In this document: positions 36,945-49,127 of the stretch, one piece after another | Position numbering within the stretch: the stretch's first letter is position 1 | Layout of the letters: every line of letters begins with the position of its first letter | Origin: Patescibacteria group bacterium | GTDB lineage: Bacteria; Patescibacteriota; Patescibacteriia; 2-12-FULL-57-11 | Direction of reading: 5' to 3' | Length of the DNA: 64,000 nt | Assembly: GCA_004297205.1 (NCBI GenBank) | Contig: SCUL01000002.1 | Coordinates: 786,893 to 850,892, forward strand | The notes under the pieces: generated by a model | The model's database searches: none | What the model was told of the DNA's origin: nothing | The model's input: the letters and a program-made list of their open reading frames with translations, nothing else | Translations under genes and position numbers: made by a program

Positions 36945-37616
36945 GTGAGATGTCCTGACGGTGAGAGAGACGGATCAGGGGATGCCGACGTGCTGCCGGC
37001 GGTGCCGCAGACGCCGTTCATCCGGGTCATGCCATACGCCCGCATCCGGGAAGAGGCCATGACTGCGCAGAGTGCCGGCTATTTCGATCCCGCGGTGCTC
37101 GGGTTCGTGCCGAGCGGGCTCTCGAAGGACGGGGCGAGCAGCGCCCGCTGGGCGGTCGTCGAGGGGCCGATGTTGCCGATCGTCGACGCCGACGACGCCG
37201 CGGGATTGGCCCGCGGCCTGGCCGGGGCTGCGGCGCCGCTGTTCCGGAGCACGTACTGCCGCGTCGTCGTCACCGCGACGCGCGCCTCCCGGCTCGAGCG
37301 GCACCTTGCGGACGTGCTGGAGCGCTGCGGCGTCGAACGCCGCACGTACCTGGAGCGTCCGGGGGACCGCAGGGAGCTCGTGGTGGTCCCCAAGTACTAC
37401 CAAGGGGAGTATCCGCCCGAGCCGTTCCTGCTCGCGGCACGCCTGATCACGGCGCTGCGCGACCGGCTCGAGAACGCCACCCTCACCGGCGAAGAAACGG
37501 TGGATGGCGCGCTCTACGGCTGCGAAGCGATGATTGCGGTACAGTCCGATCCGCCGGGCCTCTGCGGCCGCCGGCATCCGGACGTGATCGCGGTCGGCGT
37601 CGCCTACAGCTTCTAG
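36945..37616 (+). CDS. Hypothetical protein
   Basis: TTGACA-17-TATTTT at 36889-36917, AAGGAGG SD before GTG. Confidence 0.65.
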   Translation: MRCPDGERDGSGDADVLPAVPQTPFIRVMPYARIREEAMTAQSAGYFDPAVLGFVPSGLSKDGASSARWAVVEGPMLPIVDADDAAGLARGLAGAAAPLFRSTYCRVVVTATRASRLERHLADVLERCGVERRTYLERPGDRRELVVVPKYYQGEYPPEPFLLAARLITALRDRLENATLTGEETVDGALYGCEAMIAVQSDPPGLCGRRHPDVIAVGVAYSF

Positions 37617-37700
37617 AAAGCAAACGGCACCCGTCGCGGGTGCCGCAGCGTTCGCAGGACTCGTCCTGCACGGGATCCATCGGGGGTCCTTCTTTTTTAT

Positions 37701-37799
37701 CTACGCGGGGAGCAGCTTCCACCAGACCGCCGCCCCGGCGGCGACGATGCCGGTGAGCGCGATCAGTGCTGCAATCGCGATTCTGATCTCCTTGCTCAT
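37701..37799 (-). CDS. 32-aa single-TM small protein (not in ORF track)
   Basis: MSKEIRIAIAALIALTGIVAAGAAVWWKLLPA*; CATACT -10 nine nt before ATG; hairpins downstream. Confidence 0.6.
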   Translation of the reverse strand: MSKEIRIAIAALIALTGIVAAGAAVWWKLLPA

Positions 37800-37833
37800 A
37801 GCGCGGTGAGTATGGCGAGTCGCGCGCCGACGT

Positions 37834-40282
<2,449 letters not shown>

Positions 40283-40858
40283 TTAGGCGGAAACCGGCGC
40301 GATTTCGAGCTGGCGCATCGCTGCGCGCAGCGACTGGTGGAATCCTTCGAGCGGGACGCCGTCGTTCTGCACGTTGTAGGCGGCCATCCCCATGAGCAGC
40401 AAGATGCCCCGCTCCGTCGGGCTCTCCTCCCAGGCGCGGAACTGCGCGAAGGTCATCTGCCGCTCGTCCGGCTTCTCCGCCCGGCCGAGGCAGCGCATCC
40501 AACGCAGCTCGGCGTTGGCGCAGATCGCGACCAGCCGGAAGCCGGGGAGATCGACGAGCGCGTTGACTTGCCGGATGAAGCGGAAGCCCTCCGTCACGAC
40601 GAGCCGGGCGGGATCCGCCTCCACCCGCTCGCGCATGGCGCGGGCCAGCGGATCCTCGTTGGACCCGGAACCGCTCAGCTCGGCCCCGAGCGCGACCAGG
40701 GCCTCCCGCGTGTGCGGGATGTTCCGCTTCGTCGCCTCCTCGCGGACGAGGTCGCCGAAGGCATGGCGGCCGGCGCCGAACTCCCGCTCCAGGAATGTCG
40801 CCGCCGTGGTTTTGCCGGCGCCGGGCAATCCGACCAGTCCGATGATGACTTTGGGCAT
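40283..40858 (-). CDS. P-loop nucleotide kinase, paralog of 32754-33332
   Basis: GLVGLPGAGKTT, EGFR, LRWMR..RAEKPDE..MTFAQF..E.PTE, QNDG; GGAGG SD. Confidence 0.8.
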   Translation of the reverse strand: MPKVIIGLVGLPGAGKTTAATFLEREFGAGRHAFGDLVREEATKRNIPHTREALVALGAELSGSGSNEDPLARAMRERVEADPARLVVTEGFRFIRQVNALVDLPGFRLVAICANAELRWMRCLGRAEKPDERQMTFAQFRAWEESPTERGILLLMGMAAYNVQNDGVPLEGFHQSLRAAMRQLEIAPVSA

Positions 40859-40926
40859 ATCTCCTCCCGCGTCAGATGTAGCGTACGGGGACGCGCCGGT
40901 CAATGCCGCATGATATACTGCGTGCG

Positions 40927-41793
40927 ATGGCCTTCATCCCCAACAACACGACGCCCGACAACCTCAGCGAGCAACAGTTTCAGGCGGCCAGCTGGTACGT
41001 CGAGCACAAGCTGCAGCTCAAGGCGGCACTGACCGTCTTTTTGGTGGTCTGGTGCGCGGCTTTCGGCGGCTACGCCATCTGGGGAATGGTGAAGCTGTTC
41101 CTGATCGAATATCCGGGCTATCGCCAGATGCAGCGCGATGCCGGCGTGAACTACGTGAATTTTGCGGCACTCGAGAACGCCCGCCCGATCGACGTGCGCA
41201 CGGTGCAGGTGTTCGCCGCCGGTGCCGGCAAGGCCGACGCCGTGGCCACCGTCCGCAACCCCAACGCCCGCTTCGCCGCGACCTTCCGCTACCAGTTCGT
41301 GGGCGAAGGCGCGACGCCGTCGGAACTCGAGGGTTTCCTCCTGCCCGGCGAAGAAAAACCGCTGCTCTCCCTCGGCATCCCGACGCAAACGTCTTTCCGC
41401 AGCGCGCGGCTCGAAATCCGCGACGTGCAATGGGCACGGCTCGACGCCCACGAGATTCCCGATTGGGCGGCCTACCGCACGGCGCGCATGGCGCTCTCCG
41501 GCGAGGAGGTCGTCTTCACGCCCGCGCAAACCCAGGGCCAGGTGTCGCGCGTCACCTTCACTGTCAAGAACGCTTCGGCCTACTCGTATTGGAACGTCCG
41601 TTTCATCGTCCTCTTGTACCGGGGCCAGTCCATCGCGGCCGTGAACGCCATCGACCTCTCCAGCCTGCGGACGGGGGAGAGCCGTCCGGCATCCGTCACC
41701 TGGTTTGAAAACGTTCCCTCCGTCACGAAAACCGAGATCCGTCCGGAAGTGAACATTTTGGACCAGTCTGCATTCATTGCGCCGGCGGGTTGA
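40927..41793 (+). CDS. Membrane-anchored protein with two Ig-like (FxLYD-like) domains
   Basis: One TM; VRNPN..F.YQF..FLLPGEEK; VKNAS..VLLY..L.TGESR; TGATATACT upstream. Confidence 0.75.
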   Translation: MAFIPNNTTPDNLSEQQFQAASWYVEHKLQLKAALTVFLVVWCAAFGGYAIWGMVKLFLIEYPGYRQMQRDAGVNYVNFAALENARPIDVRTVQVFAAGAGKADAVATVRNPNARFAATFRYQFVGEGATPSELEGFLLPGEEKPLLSLGIPTQTSFRSARLEIRDVQWARLDAHEIPDWAAYRTARMALSGEEVVFTPAQTQGQVSRVTFTVKNASAYSYWNVRFIVLLYRGQSIAAVNAIDLSSLRTGESRPASVTWFENVPSVTKTEIRPEVNILDQSAFIAPAG

Positions 41794-41883
41794 GCGCGCG
41801 CGACCCATTGACGCCGCGGGCTTTTTTTGATACATCGCAGATACGACATTCGCTGATAAGCAGAACAGCGGTGGAGGTAGAAG

Positions 41884-42843
41884 GTGAAACTGTCGGAACC
41901 CTATCAGGAGATCGTGGATTCCTGCCGTATCGGCAGCACGGACCTGGTGGAGTTTCCCGCACCAGGTTCACGCAACCGCATCTTTGCAAAGCTCGAGTAT
42001 CAGAACCACACGGGTAGTCATTACGATCGGGTCTACCCCTGGCTGCTCGACCAGCTCGAGCGGGAGGGGAAGATCCACCCCGCCCACTCGATACTCGTAG
42101 AGACGACCTCGGGTAACGCGGGGATATCATGCGGCTTCGTCGCTCAGCGTCGCGGCTATCGCACCATCATCTTCACGCCAGCCGGAGCCCGTCCGCGTTG
42201 CAACCAGTTGATGCGCGGATACGGGGTCGACGTCCGAGAGGTCTCCGGCGCCGACTACGTCGCCGATGCTCGGGACGCGATGGTCACACTCCTGCGTGAA
42301 CACGTCGATGCGCGCAGCGGAGGGTTCCGGATGTACTATTCGCCGAACCACTCCCAGCTGGAGATATCATGCAAGGCGCTTGTGCCGATCGTCACCGAGG
42401 CGCTGGCGCAGGCCGGAGGGTCGTTCGATTGCTTTATCGGCGCCGCCGGGAATGGGTCGACGCTCCGGGGAATGGGGGATGCGTTGCGTCGCGACAACCC
42501 GAAGATCCGAATGTTCGGCTTCGATCCGGCCGCGGCCCCGAACGCCTACCAGATCAAGTACGGGAGGATTCCAGGGCACACGCCGCGCGTTCACCAGCTG
42601 TTTGGGGTCGGTGTCTGGGATGTCGAGTTCCCGCACCTGACCTACGCCGTGCGACAGCTGCTCGAAGACGTGATGATCGTCGAGGACGAACAGTGGCGTC
42701 AGACACAGCTGGAGCTGAGGGCGATCGGGTACGACGTGGGCAACACGTCCGCGGCCGCGTACCACCTCGCTCGCGACTTTTGCCGCCGTCACGACAACCA
42801 GCGTATCCTCATCGTCTTCTACGATGCCGCCGACCACTACTGA
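41884..42843 (+). CDS. Cysteine synthase-like fold-type II protein lacking the Schiff-base Lys
   Basis: AKLEYQNHTGSHYDR, ETTSGNAG, GAAGNGST, VGNTSAA; GGAGG SD. Confidence 0.85.
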   Translation: MKLSEPYQEIVDSCRIGSTDLVEFPAPGSRNRIFAKLEYQNHTGSHYDRVYPWLLDQLEREGKIHPAHSILVETTSGNAGISCGFVAQRRGYRTIIFTPAGARPRCNQLMRGYGVDVREVSGADYVADARDAMVTLLREHVDARSGGFRMYYSPNHSQLEISCKALVPIVTEALAQAGGSFDCFIGAAGNGSTLRGMGDALRRDNPKIRMFGFDPAAAPNAYQIKYGRIPGHTPRVHQLFGVGVWDVEFPHLTYAVRQLLEDVMIVEDEQWRQTQLELRAIGYDVGNTSAAAYHLARDFCRRHDNQRILIVFYDAADHY

Positions 42844-42935
42844 GGTCGGCACCCCACGTCCGCACGTGGGTCGTTTTTTATCTTGCTTTTTTGACCCTTT
42901 GCCCAGGGATCATTTCTGGTCTACCGTGCCGGCGT

Positions 42936-44072
42936 ATGATCCGCCGGACCATCCGCGCCGTCCGCGATTTTGACTGGGTGCTGTTTGCAGCCATGGTTTC
43001 GCTCGTGGCCGTGGGCATGGCGGCGATCGCCAGCGTCACCTTGTCGCAAGCCACGCCCGACTTCGGCGGCCTCCTCAAACAGGGTGCCGCCTTCGTGCTG
43101 GGGTTGGTTCTCGTGTTCGTGGTGGGGGCCATGAACTACCGGGCCTTCGAACCGGCCGCGCGCATCTTTTATCTGCTCGGCGCGGCGTTGCTGGTCGCCG
43201 TGCTGTTCGTGGGGCAGACGGTGCGCGGCACCACCGGTTGGTTCGCCATCGCCGGCTGGAGCTTCCAACCGGTCGAAGCGGCCAAGATCGTGCTCGTCCT
43301 TTTTCTGGCGCGCTACTTTTCTCACCATGCCTACCAACGCGATCTGCGGTCGCTGGTCGGCAGCGGCATCGGCGCGCTGCTGCTCGTGGGGTTGACCCTG
43401 CTGCAGCCGGACTTCGGCTCAGCCATGGTGCTGCTTGCGGTGTGGGTCGCCCTGCTGCTTTTGTCCGGCACGCGCCGCAGTTACGTGGTGACGCTGCTGG
43501 GACTCGCGGTCGTGAGCGCGGTGGTCGCTTGGATGTTCGTCCTGAAACCCTACCAGCACGAGCGCATCCTGACCTTCCTCGATCCCAGCCGCGATCCGCT
43601 CGGCAGGGGATACAACCTGACGCAATCCGTGATCGCGGTCGGCTCCGGCGGCCTGTTCGGCCGCGGACTCGGCTTCGGCTCGCAGAGCCAGCTGCGGTTC
43701 CTGCCCGAAGCGCAGACCGATTTCATCTTCGCGGTGGTGGCGGAGGAGATGGGCTTCATCGCCGTCACGGCGGTGCTCGCGCTCTACGCGCTTCTCGTTT
43801 GGCGGGCCGTCCGTCTGGCGCGCCTCGCGACCGACACCTTCACCGCCCATGTCGCCGCCGGCATCGCCATCCTGTTCACCATCCAGATCGCCATCAACGT
43901 CGGGATGAACATGGGGCTCATGCCGGTCACCGGCATCGCCCTGCCCTTCATCTCTTATGGCGGGTCCTCCCTGCTGTTTTCCATGATCATGGTGGGGATT
44001 CTCCAGAGCATCGCGGTGCGCCAGCGTTCGGCGGCGCTGACCACCATTGACGTGCTGGAGCGCGGATGGTAA
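42936..44072 (+). CDS. rodA: Rod shape-determining protein RodA (SEDS)
   Basis: FQPVE.AK, QPDFGS, LKPYQHERI, GYNLTQS.IAVGSGG, LPEAQTDFIF, PVTGIALPFISYGGSS. Confidence 0.95.
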   Translation: MIRRTIRAVRDFDWVLFAAMVSLVAVGMAAIASVTLSQATPDFGGLLKQGAAFVLGLVLVFVVGAMNYRAFEPAARIFYLLGAALLVAVLFVGQTVRGTTGWFAIAGWSFQPVEAAKIVLVLFLARYFSHHAYQRDLRSLVGSGIGALLLVGLTLLQPDFGSAMVLLAVWVALLLLSGTRRSYVVTLLGLAVVSAVVAWMFVLKPYQHERILTFLDPSRDPLGRGYNLTQSVIAVGSGGLFGRGLGFGSQSQLRFLPEAQTDFIFAVVAEEMGFIAVTAVLALYALLVWRAVRLARLATDTFTAHVAAGIAILFTIQIAINVGMNMGLMPVTGIALPFISYGGSSLLFSMIMVGILQSIAVRQRSAALTTIDVLERGW

Positions 44073-44115
44073 GGTCGGGCGCGATGGGCTACGCTTGAAG
44101 GGCTTATTTGCGCCC

Positions 44116-44451
44116 ATGCCCAAGCGCCGCAACCATCCGCAGCACGCCTCTCCGGACGGGGTGACCCACCTCGCCGAGTGTCCGTTGTGCGCCGCGAGCT
44201 ACGATCCGCACCGGGCCCGCGTGCTCGGCAAAAACGGCGAGGAGCGCCTGCTCCACGTCGCCTGCGGCGGCTGCGGCAACGCCATGCTGGCGCTCGTCGT
44301 GGTGACGTCCGCCGGCGTCTCGTCGGTGGGACTCATCACGGATCTGTCCTTCGAAGACGCACAGCGCTTCCGCGAAGCGTCGCCGGTCTCCGCGGACCAC
44401 GTGCTGGCGGCCCACGTGCTTCCGGCCGACATCATTTCCAGACTCCTGTAA
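44116..44451 (+). CDS. Small zinc-binding hypothetical protein
   Basis: CPLC...H..CGGC, GLITDL; operonic between rodA and rplY. Confidence 0.75.
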   Translation: MPKRRNHPQHASPDGVTHLAECPLCAASYDPHRARVLGKNGEERLLHVACGGCGNAMLALVVVTSAGVSSVGLITDLSFEDAQRFREASPVSADHVLAAHVLPADIISRLL

Positions 44452-44458
44452 TACCGTT

Positions 44459-45181
44459 ATGCAGCAGACGATCACGCTTTCCGCAAAAACCCGCACCGTC
44501 ACCGGCAAACCGGTGAAACTTCTGCGCGCCAAGGGCGTGCTGCCGGCCGTGATCTACGGCTTCGGCACCGATCCGCGCAATTTGGAAATCGACGCCCGCG
44601 CCTTCGCCAAGGCGTTCGAGGCCGCCGGGGAATCCACGCTCGTCGACGTCGTCGTCGACGGCGGCGCCCCGGTCAAGGCGCTCATCCAGGACATCCAGCA
44701 GGACCCGATGACCAGCCGCATCAGCCACGCGGACCTGCGCGCCGTGAACATGAAGGAGAAGACCACCGCCGACATCCCGCTCGAACTCGTCGGCGAAGCG
44801 CCGGTCGCCAAGGGCCAGGCCGTGGTCATCACCAAGGTCCACGAATCGCTCGAAGTGGAGGGTCTGCCGGGCGACCTGGTCTCCCAGATCATCGTCGACC
44901 TCTCCGGTCTCACCGAGATCGGCCAGACCATCCGCGTCCGCGACCTGAAACTCCCGGCCGGCCTCACGGCCGTGGCCGACGCCGACGACGTCGTCGTGAC
45001 GGTCGCCGCCGCACTGACCGAGGAACAGATCAAAGCCATGGAAACCGCGCAGGTCGGCGACGTCTCGCAGATCGAGGTCGTCGAAGGCAAGAAGAAGGAA
45101 GGCGAGGAGGGCGTCGAGGAAGGCGCGGCGGCTCCAGCGGCGGAAGCCAAAGAGGCCAAGAAGGAAGCCAAGAAAGAATAA
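44459..45181 (+). CDS. rplY: 50S ribosomal protein L25 (Ctc type)
   Basis: LRAKGVLPAVIYG, Q.DP...HADL, acidic tail. Confidence 0.95.
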   Translation: MQQTITLSAKTRTVTGKPVKLLRAKGVLPAVIYGFGTDPRNLEIDARAFAKAFEAAGESTLVDVVVDGGAPVKALIQDIQQDPMTSRISHADLRAVNMKEKTTADIPLELVGEAPVAKGQAVVITKVHESLEVEGLPGDLVSQIIVDLSGLTEIGQTIRVRDLKLPAGLTAVADADDVVVTVAAALTEEQIKAMETAQVGDVSQIEVVEGKKKEGEEGVEEGAAAPAAEAKEAKKEAKKE

Positions 45182-45185
45182 GAGC

Positions 45186-46274
45186 GTGCGGATCCCCACG
45201 AAACAACAGATCATTGCCTGGGCGCGGACCAACCCCCGCCTGGCCATCGGCGCCGGCGCAGTCTGCGCCGGCGTTCTTGTAGCGGCGCTCGCCAGCATCG
45301 GCATCCTCTTGTTCGCGCCCAAGCCGGATTTGACGCCCTTTGACGCATCACCCGCGCCCGTCGCGGAAGAACCGACCGGCCGCAACTGGCTCGACGGCAC
45401 GCCGGACGACGGCGAGCCGCTGCGCCCCTTCGCGGTGATGATCGAAAACCACGGCGACAGCCGGCCGCAGTCGGGACTCTCCGCCGCCAAGCTCGTGTTC
45501 GAGGCGCCGGTCGAAGGCGGCATCACCCGCTTCCTCGCCGTCTACGCCGCGAGCGGCACGGTCCGCGAAATCGGCCCGGTCAGGAGCGCGCGTCCCTATT
45601 ATTTGGATTGGGTGCTCGAGCTGGGCGCGGACTACGTGCACGTCGGCGGCTCCCCCGAGGCCTTCACCAAGCTCGCCCGGCTGCGCCTGCACGACATCGA
45701 CGAGTTCGCCTACGGCACCGCGGCGTTCTGGCGTTCGTCCCGTCGGTACGCGCCGCACAACACCTACACGTCGGTGGAGCTTTTGAACGGCGTGCGCGAG
45801 GAGCGCGCCTGGGCGGCGACGTCCACGGCCGCTCCCTGGCGCTACGTCGATCCGCAGGCGCCGGAAGAGCGGCCGACCTCGACGCCGAACCTCGTGATCG
45901 ACTTTTCTTCGCCGACCTATCGCGTCGAGTGGCGCTACCAACACGACGACAATGCCTGGCGCCGTTTCCAGGCCGGCGCGCCGCACGCCGACGTCGACGG
46001 CACGCCGATCCTGGCGGCGAACGTCGCCGTCATCCGCACCGAGACGCAGGTGCTCGACGCAGTCGGCCGCCTCAAGTTGCGCACCGTCGGCTCCGGCAAG
46101 GCTTGGGTCTTCCGTGACGGCCGCATGATCACCGGCCGCTGGAAAAAACTGGCCGCGGAGGAGCGCATCCGCTTCGAGACGGTCGACGGCAAGGAAATTC
46201 CCTTCGTTCCCGGACCAACATGGATTGAAGTCACGACCGCGGACATGCCGACCCGCTTTGGCGCGCCGCTCTGA
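45186..46274 (+). CDS. DUF3048 family membrane-anchored protein
   Basis: RP.AVMIEN..RPQSGL..VEGGITRF, IGPVRSAR, H.GGS, APHNTY. Confidence 0.85.
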   Translation: MRIPTKQQIIAWARTNPRLAIGAGAVCAGVLVAALASIGILLFAPKPDLTPFDASPAPVAEEPTGRNWLDGTPDDGEPLRPFAVMIENHGDSRPQSGLSAAKLVFEAPVEGGITRFLAVYAASGTVREIGPVRSARPYYLDWVLELGADYVHVGGSPEAFTKLARLRLHDIDEFAYGTAAFWRSSRRYAPHNTYTSVELLNGVREERAWAATSTAAPWRYVDPQAPEERPTSTPNLVIDFSSPTYRVEWRYQHDDNAWRRFQAGAPHADVDGTPILAANVAVIRTETQVLDAVGRLKLRTVGSGKAWVFRDGRMITGRWKKLAAEERIRFETVDGKEIPFVPGPTWIEVTTADMPTRFGAPL

Positions 46275-46304
46275 GCATTGACGGGCCGGCCGCCGCTCTC
46301 TTTT

Positions 46305-47195
46305 TTATGGACGGATCAGCGCGACGCGCCAGCGTCCCGAGAGATCTTTTTTGAAATCAATGCGGCCCTTCGGGAAGAAGCGCTTCACCACGGCCGGCAA
46401 CTTTTTCTTTTGGGAAGGATCGATCTCGATGATGATCGGACAGCGCCACACCCGTGCGACGATTTGGACAAACAGGGCGCGGTAGGCATCGAGGCCGTCG
46501 CGGCCGCCGTCGAGGGCGGAGCGCGGTTCGTAGCGTTTCACGTCCGGCGGCGCACTGCGCCAGATGGCAGTAGGAAGATAGGGAAGATTCGCGACGATCA
46601 GATCCGGCGCGAGTCGCGGCGGAAGCAGGTTCGCTTTCACGAACCGTACGCGGCGCGTCAGGTCGAGGAGTCGGGCGTTTTTTCGAGCGAGCCGCAGCGC
46701 AGCGGGGGAGATGTCGGTGGCGATGACGCGCGCCGTCGGCAGGTGCTTCGCGAGCGTGAGCGCGATGGCACCCGAGCCGGTGCCGATGTCGATGATCGTT
46801 GCGCCATGTCCATCCACGCCGCGGGTCCTGCCGCTCGGCCATTCCGCCGTGCTCCTTCGTGCGCGCGGCGGGAGCCCTGGCCCCGCGTCACCCGCGGCTG
46901 TCATTGCACGTACTGTTTCCACCAGCAGCTCCGTCTCGGGGCGCGGAATCAGCACGCCCGGCGCGACCGCGAGCGTCAGATCGTAAAAATGTTTGTGGCC
47001 GAGGAGGAGCGCGACCGGTTCATGTTTCCGGCGGCGCGCCGCGAGCGCGCGAAACCGGCGGAGTGCCGCCGGTCGGATGCGTCCCTCGGGATGCGCGAGG
47101 AGATGTTCGCGGGTTGTCCGCAGTGCGTGCGCCAGCAACAGTTCCGCGTCGAGCGGATCGATCCCACGTGTCCGTAATGCCTCGCCGACGGTCAT
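46305..47195 (-). CDS. prmC: Release factor glutamine methyltransferase, with loop insertion
   Basis: EPVA..G.K.F, VLIPRPETE, DIGTGSG, ANLPY, EP..ALDGG.DGL, KDLSG. Confidence 0.93.
   Translation of the reverse strand: MTVGEALRTRGIDPLDAELLLAHALRTTREHLLAHPEGRIRPAALRRFRALAARRRKHEPVALLLGHKHFYDLTLAVAPGVLIPRPETELLVETVRAMTAAGDAGPGLPPRARRSTAEWPSGRTRGVDGHGATIIDIGTGSGAIALTLAKHLPTARVIATDISPAALRLARKNARLLDLTRRVRFVKANLLPPRLAPDLIVANLPYLPTAIWRSAPPDVKRYEPRSALDGGRDGLDAYRALFVQIVARVWRCPIIIEIDPSQKKKLPAVVKRFFPKGRIDFKKDLSGRWRVALIRP
46818..46898. repeat. 81-nt in-frame palindromic insertion inside prmC
   Basis: Perfect 9-bp terminal IR GCCGCGGGT/ACCCGCGGC, inner stem CCGCCGTGC/GCGCGGCGG, length 27 codons. Confidence 0.6.
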
Positions 47196-47599
47196 GCCTG
47201 TCCGCCGGGCGTCGTCACTTCTCGGGAAAACGCCTTCATCGCCTCCACGAGTTCTTCGTGGCGGTCGGCTGCGGCTTCGGCCGCCTCCGTCATGCGGTCA
47301 AACTCCTGTCGGACCGCAGCTTTGGTTTTGATCAGCGCGTCATGGCGTGCCTGCAGGAGGTCGTCCTTCTCGCCGCGTGCGGCCAGCGCCGCGATCGCAT
47401 CGCCGATCTGTTCCAGCCGATCGTCCATGCCTTCATACGCCGTTTGCATGTCTTCGATGGCGTTGTTCGCCTTGTCGTACGCCAGCTCAACGGCCAGGAG
47501 TTCCGATCGCAGGCCTTCGCTGAGCTTCTTCAAGTCACCGCGCTCCGACGGCTTCTCTTTGTTGAAATACGATTCCGGCGGATGGAGGAGTTCGGACAT
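47192..47599 (-). CDS. Hypothetical coiled-coil protein
   Basis: Fills gap between prfA and prmC with ATGA overlap. Confidence 0.75.
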   Translation of the reverse strand: MSELLHPPESYFNKEKPSERGDLKKLSEGLRSELLAVELAYDKANNAIEDMQTAYEGMDDRLEQIGDAIAALAARGEKDDLLQARHDALIKTKAAVRQEFDRMTEAAEAAADRHEELVEAMKAFSREVTTPGGQA

Positions 47600-47604
47600 A
47601 ACGT

Positions 47605-48693
47605 TTAGGTGTCGTCCTCATCGGACGCTGTATCCATCGTGCCAGCACGCTCCGCCGTACGCAACGCGGCCACGATCTCCGCGATATCGCCGTCGAGGAT
47701 TCCGGGCAGGTTGTGCCAGTTCTGTTTGATGCGGTGGTCGGTCAGGCGGTCCTGCGGGAAGTTGTAGGTGCGGATTTTTTCGGAGCGCTCGCCGGTGCCG
47801 ATCTGGCCGCGGCGCGCCTCGGTCCGTTCCTTGCGGCGCTTCTCTTCCGCAAGCGCGAACAGCCGGGCGCGGAGAATGCCCATGGCGCGCTCCCGGTTCT
47901 GCTGCTGGCTGCGCTCGTCCTGGCAGGTGACGATGAGGCCGGTCGGCAGGTGCGTGATGCGCACCGCCGAGTAGGTGGTGTTGACGCTCTGGCCGCCGTG
48001 GCCGCCGGCGGTCATGGTGTCGAGGCGGATCTCTTTGGGATCAATGACCAGTTCCACTTCTTCGACCTTCGGAAGTACCGCGACCGTCACGGTCGAGGTA
48101 TGGACGCGGCCGGCCTTTTCCGTTTCCGGAACGCGCTGCACGCGGTGCACGCCGCTCTCGTACTTCAGGTGGCGGTAGGCGTTCTGTCCGGAGATTTCGA
48201 AAATGACTTCTTTAAAGCCGCCGAGTTCGGTTTTGCTCGAGGAGACGAGCGTCGTTTTCCAGCCCTGGCGTTCGGCGTAGCGCGCGTAGACGCGGAAGAG
48301 TTCGGCCGCGAACAGCGCCGCTTCGTCCCCGCCGGTGCCGGCGCGGATTTCCATGATGATGTCCTTTTCGTCGAGCGGGTCCGGGGGGACGAGCGCGTCT
48401 TCGAGTTCCTGCCCGAGCGCCGCGACGCGCGTCTCCAGTTTCGGGATCTCGGCGGCGGCCATGCCGGCGAATTCCGCGTCGGCGTCGCTTGCGGCCGCGC
48501 GCGTCTCAGCCAGCTCTTTTTCGACCGCGGCAAACTCATCGGCCAGGTCGAGGGTCCGCTTCAGCCGGGCATATTCCGTACTCGCCGCCTTCAGCCGTTG
48601 GGCATCGCCAAGCACGGCCGGATCGGCGAGATCGGCTTCGAGCGCCGCGAAGCGGGCGCGGAGTTTGGCGATGTCGGCGGCGTGGTCGTTCAT
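47605..48693 (-). CDS. prfA: Peptide chain release factor 1
   Basis: [25 protein letters not shown] (PxT), GGQ, RTYNFPQ. Confidence 0.97.
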   Translation of the reverse strand: MNDHAADIAKLRARFAALEADLADPAVLGDAQRLKAASTEYARLKRTLDLADEFAAVEKELAETRAAASDADAEFAGMAAAEIPKLETRVAALGQELEDALVPPDPLDEKDIIMEIRAGTGGDEAALFAAELFRVYARYAERQGWKTTLVSSSKTELGGFKEVIFEISGQNAYRHLKYESGVHRVQRVPETEKAGRVHTSTVTVAVLPKVEEVELVIDPKEIRLDTMTAGGHGGQSVNTTYSAVRITHLPTGLIVTCQDERSQQQNRERAMGILRARLFALAEEKRRKERTEARRGQIGTGERSEKIRTYNFPQDRLTDHRIKQNWHNLPGILDGDIAEIVAALRTAERAGTMDTASDEDDT

Positions 48694-48723
48694 GAGAGGA
48701 TTATGACAGCGTGTTCGAGAAAT

Positions 48724-48760
48724 CAAAAACGGCCCAGGTGCGACCCGGGGCCGTTTTTGA
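48724..48760. terminator. Terminator after rpmE
   Basis: TCAAAAACGGCCC..GGGCCGTTTTTGA. Confidence 0.7.
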
Positions 48761-48762
48761 AT

Positions 48763-49059
48763 CTACGCTTCGGTTTTTTCGGATTCGGCGCGGGCGGCCG
48801 CCTTTTTGGCGACGCGCTTCGCAACCTTGGCCTTTTTGCCGCCGCGGATCGTGGTGGCCTGCTTGGCCACGCGCTCAGCGAGCTTCTCTACGCGGCGGGC
48901 CGTGTCCACCAGTTTCTGTTTGCCTGTGTAGAACGGATGGCACTGGGAACACAATTCGACCCGGATTTCCGAAACGGTGGAACCGGTCTCAAAGGTGTTG
49001 CCGCAGGCGCAGATCACCTTGGCTTTGGGGTGGTATTCCGGGTGGAGTTCTTTCTTCAT
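48763..49059 (-). CDS. rpmE: 50S ribosomal protein L31 (Zn type)
   Basis: [25 protein letters not shown]. Confidence 0.97.
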   Translation of the reverse strand: MKKELHPEYHPKAKVICACGNTFETGSTVSEIRVELCSQCHPFYTGKQKLVDTARRVEKLAERVAKQATTIRGGKKAKVAKRVAKKAAARAESEKTEA

Positions 49060-49127
49060 ACGTTGGCGGGATAGTAGCAAAGCCCCGTGGAATAGGCAAG
49101 TCTCGGGGTCTTTGGCATGATGCTGCC

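Noticed and set aside
46826-46850. tRNA D-arm-like TGGCCGAGCGG on the minus strand in the prmC insert
   Set aside because: No T-arm GTTC motif or cloverleaf could be built.
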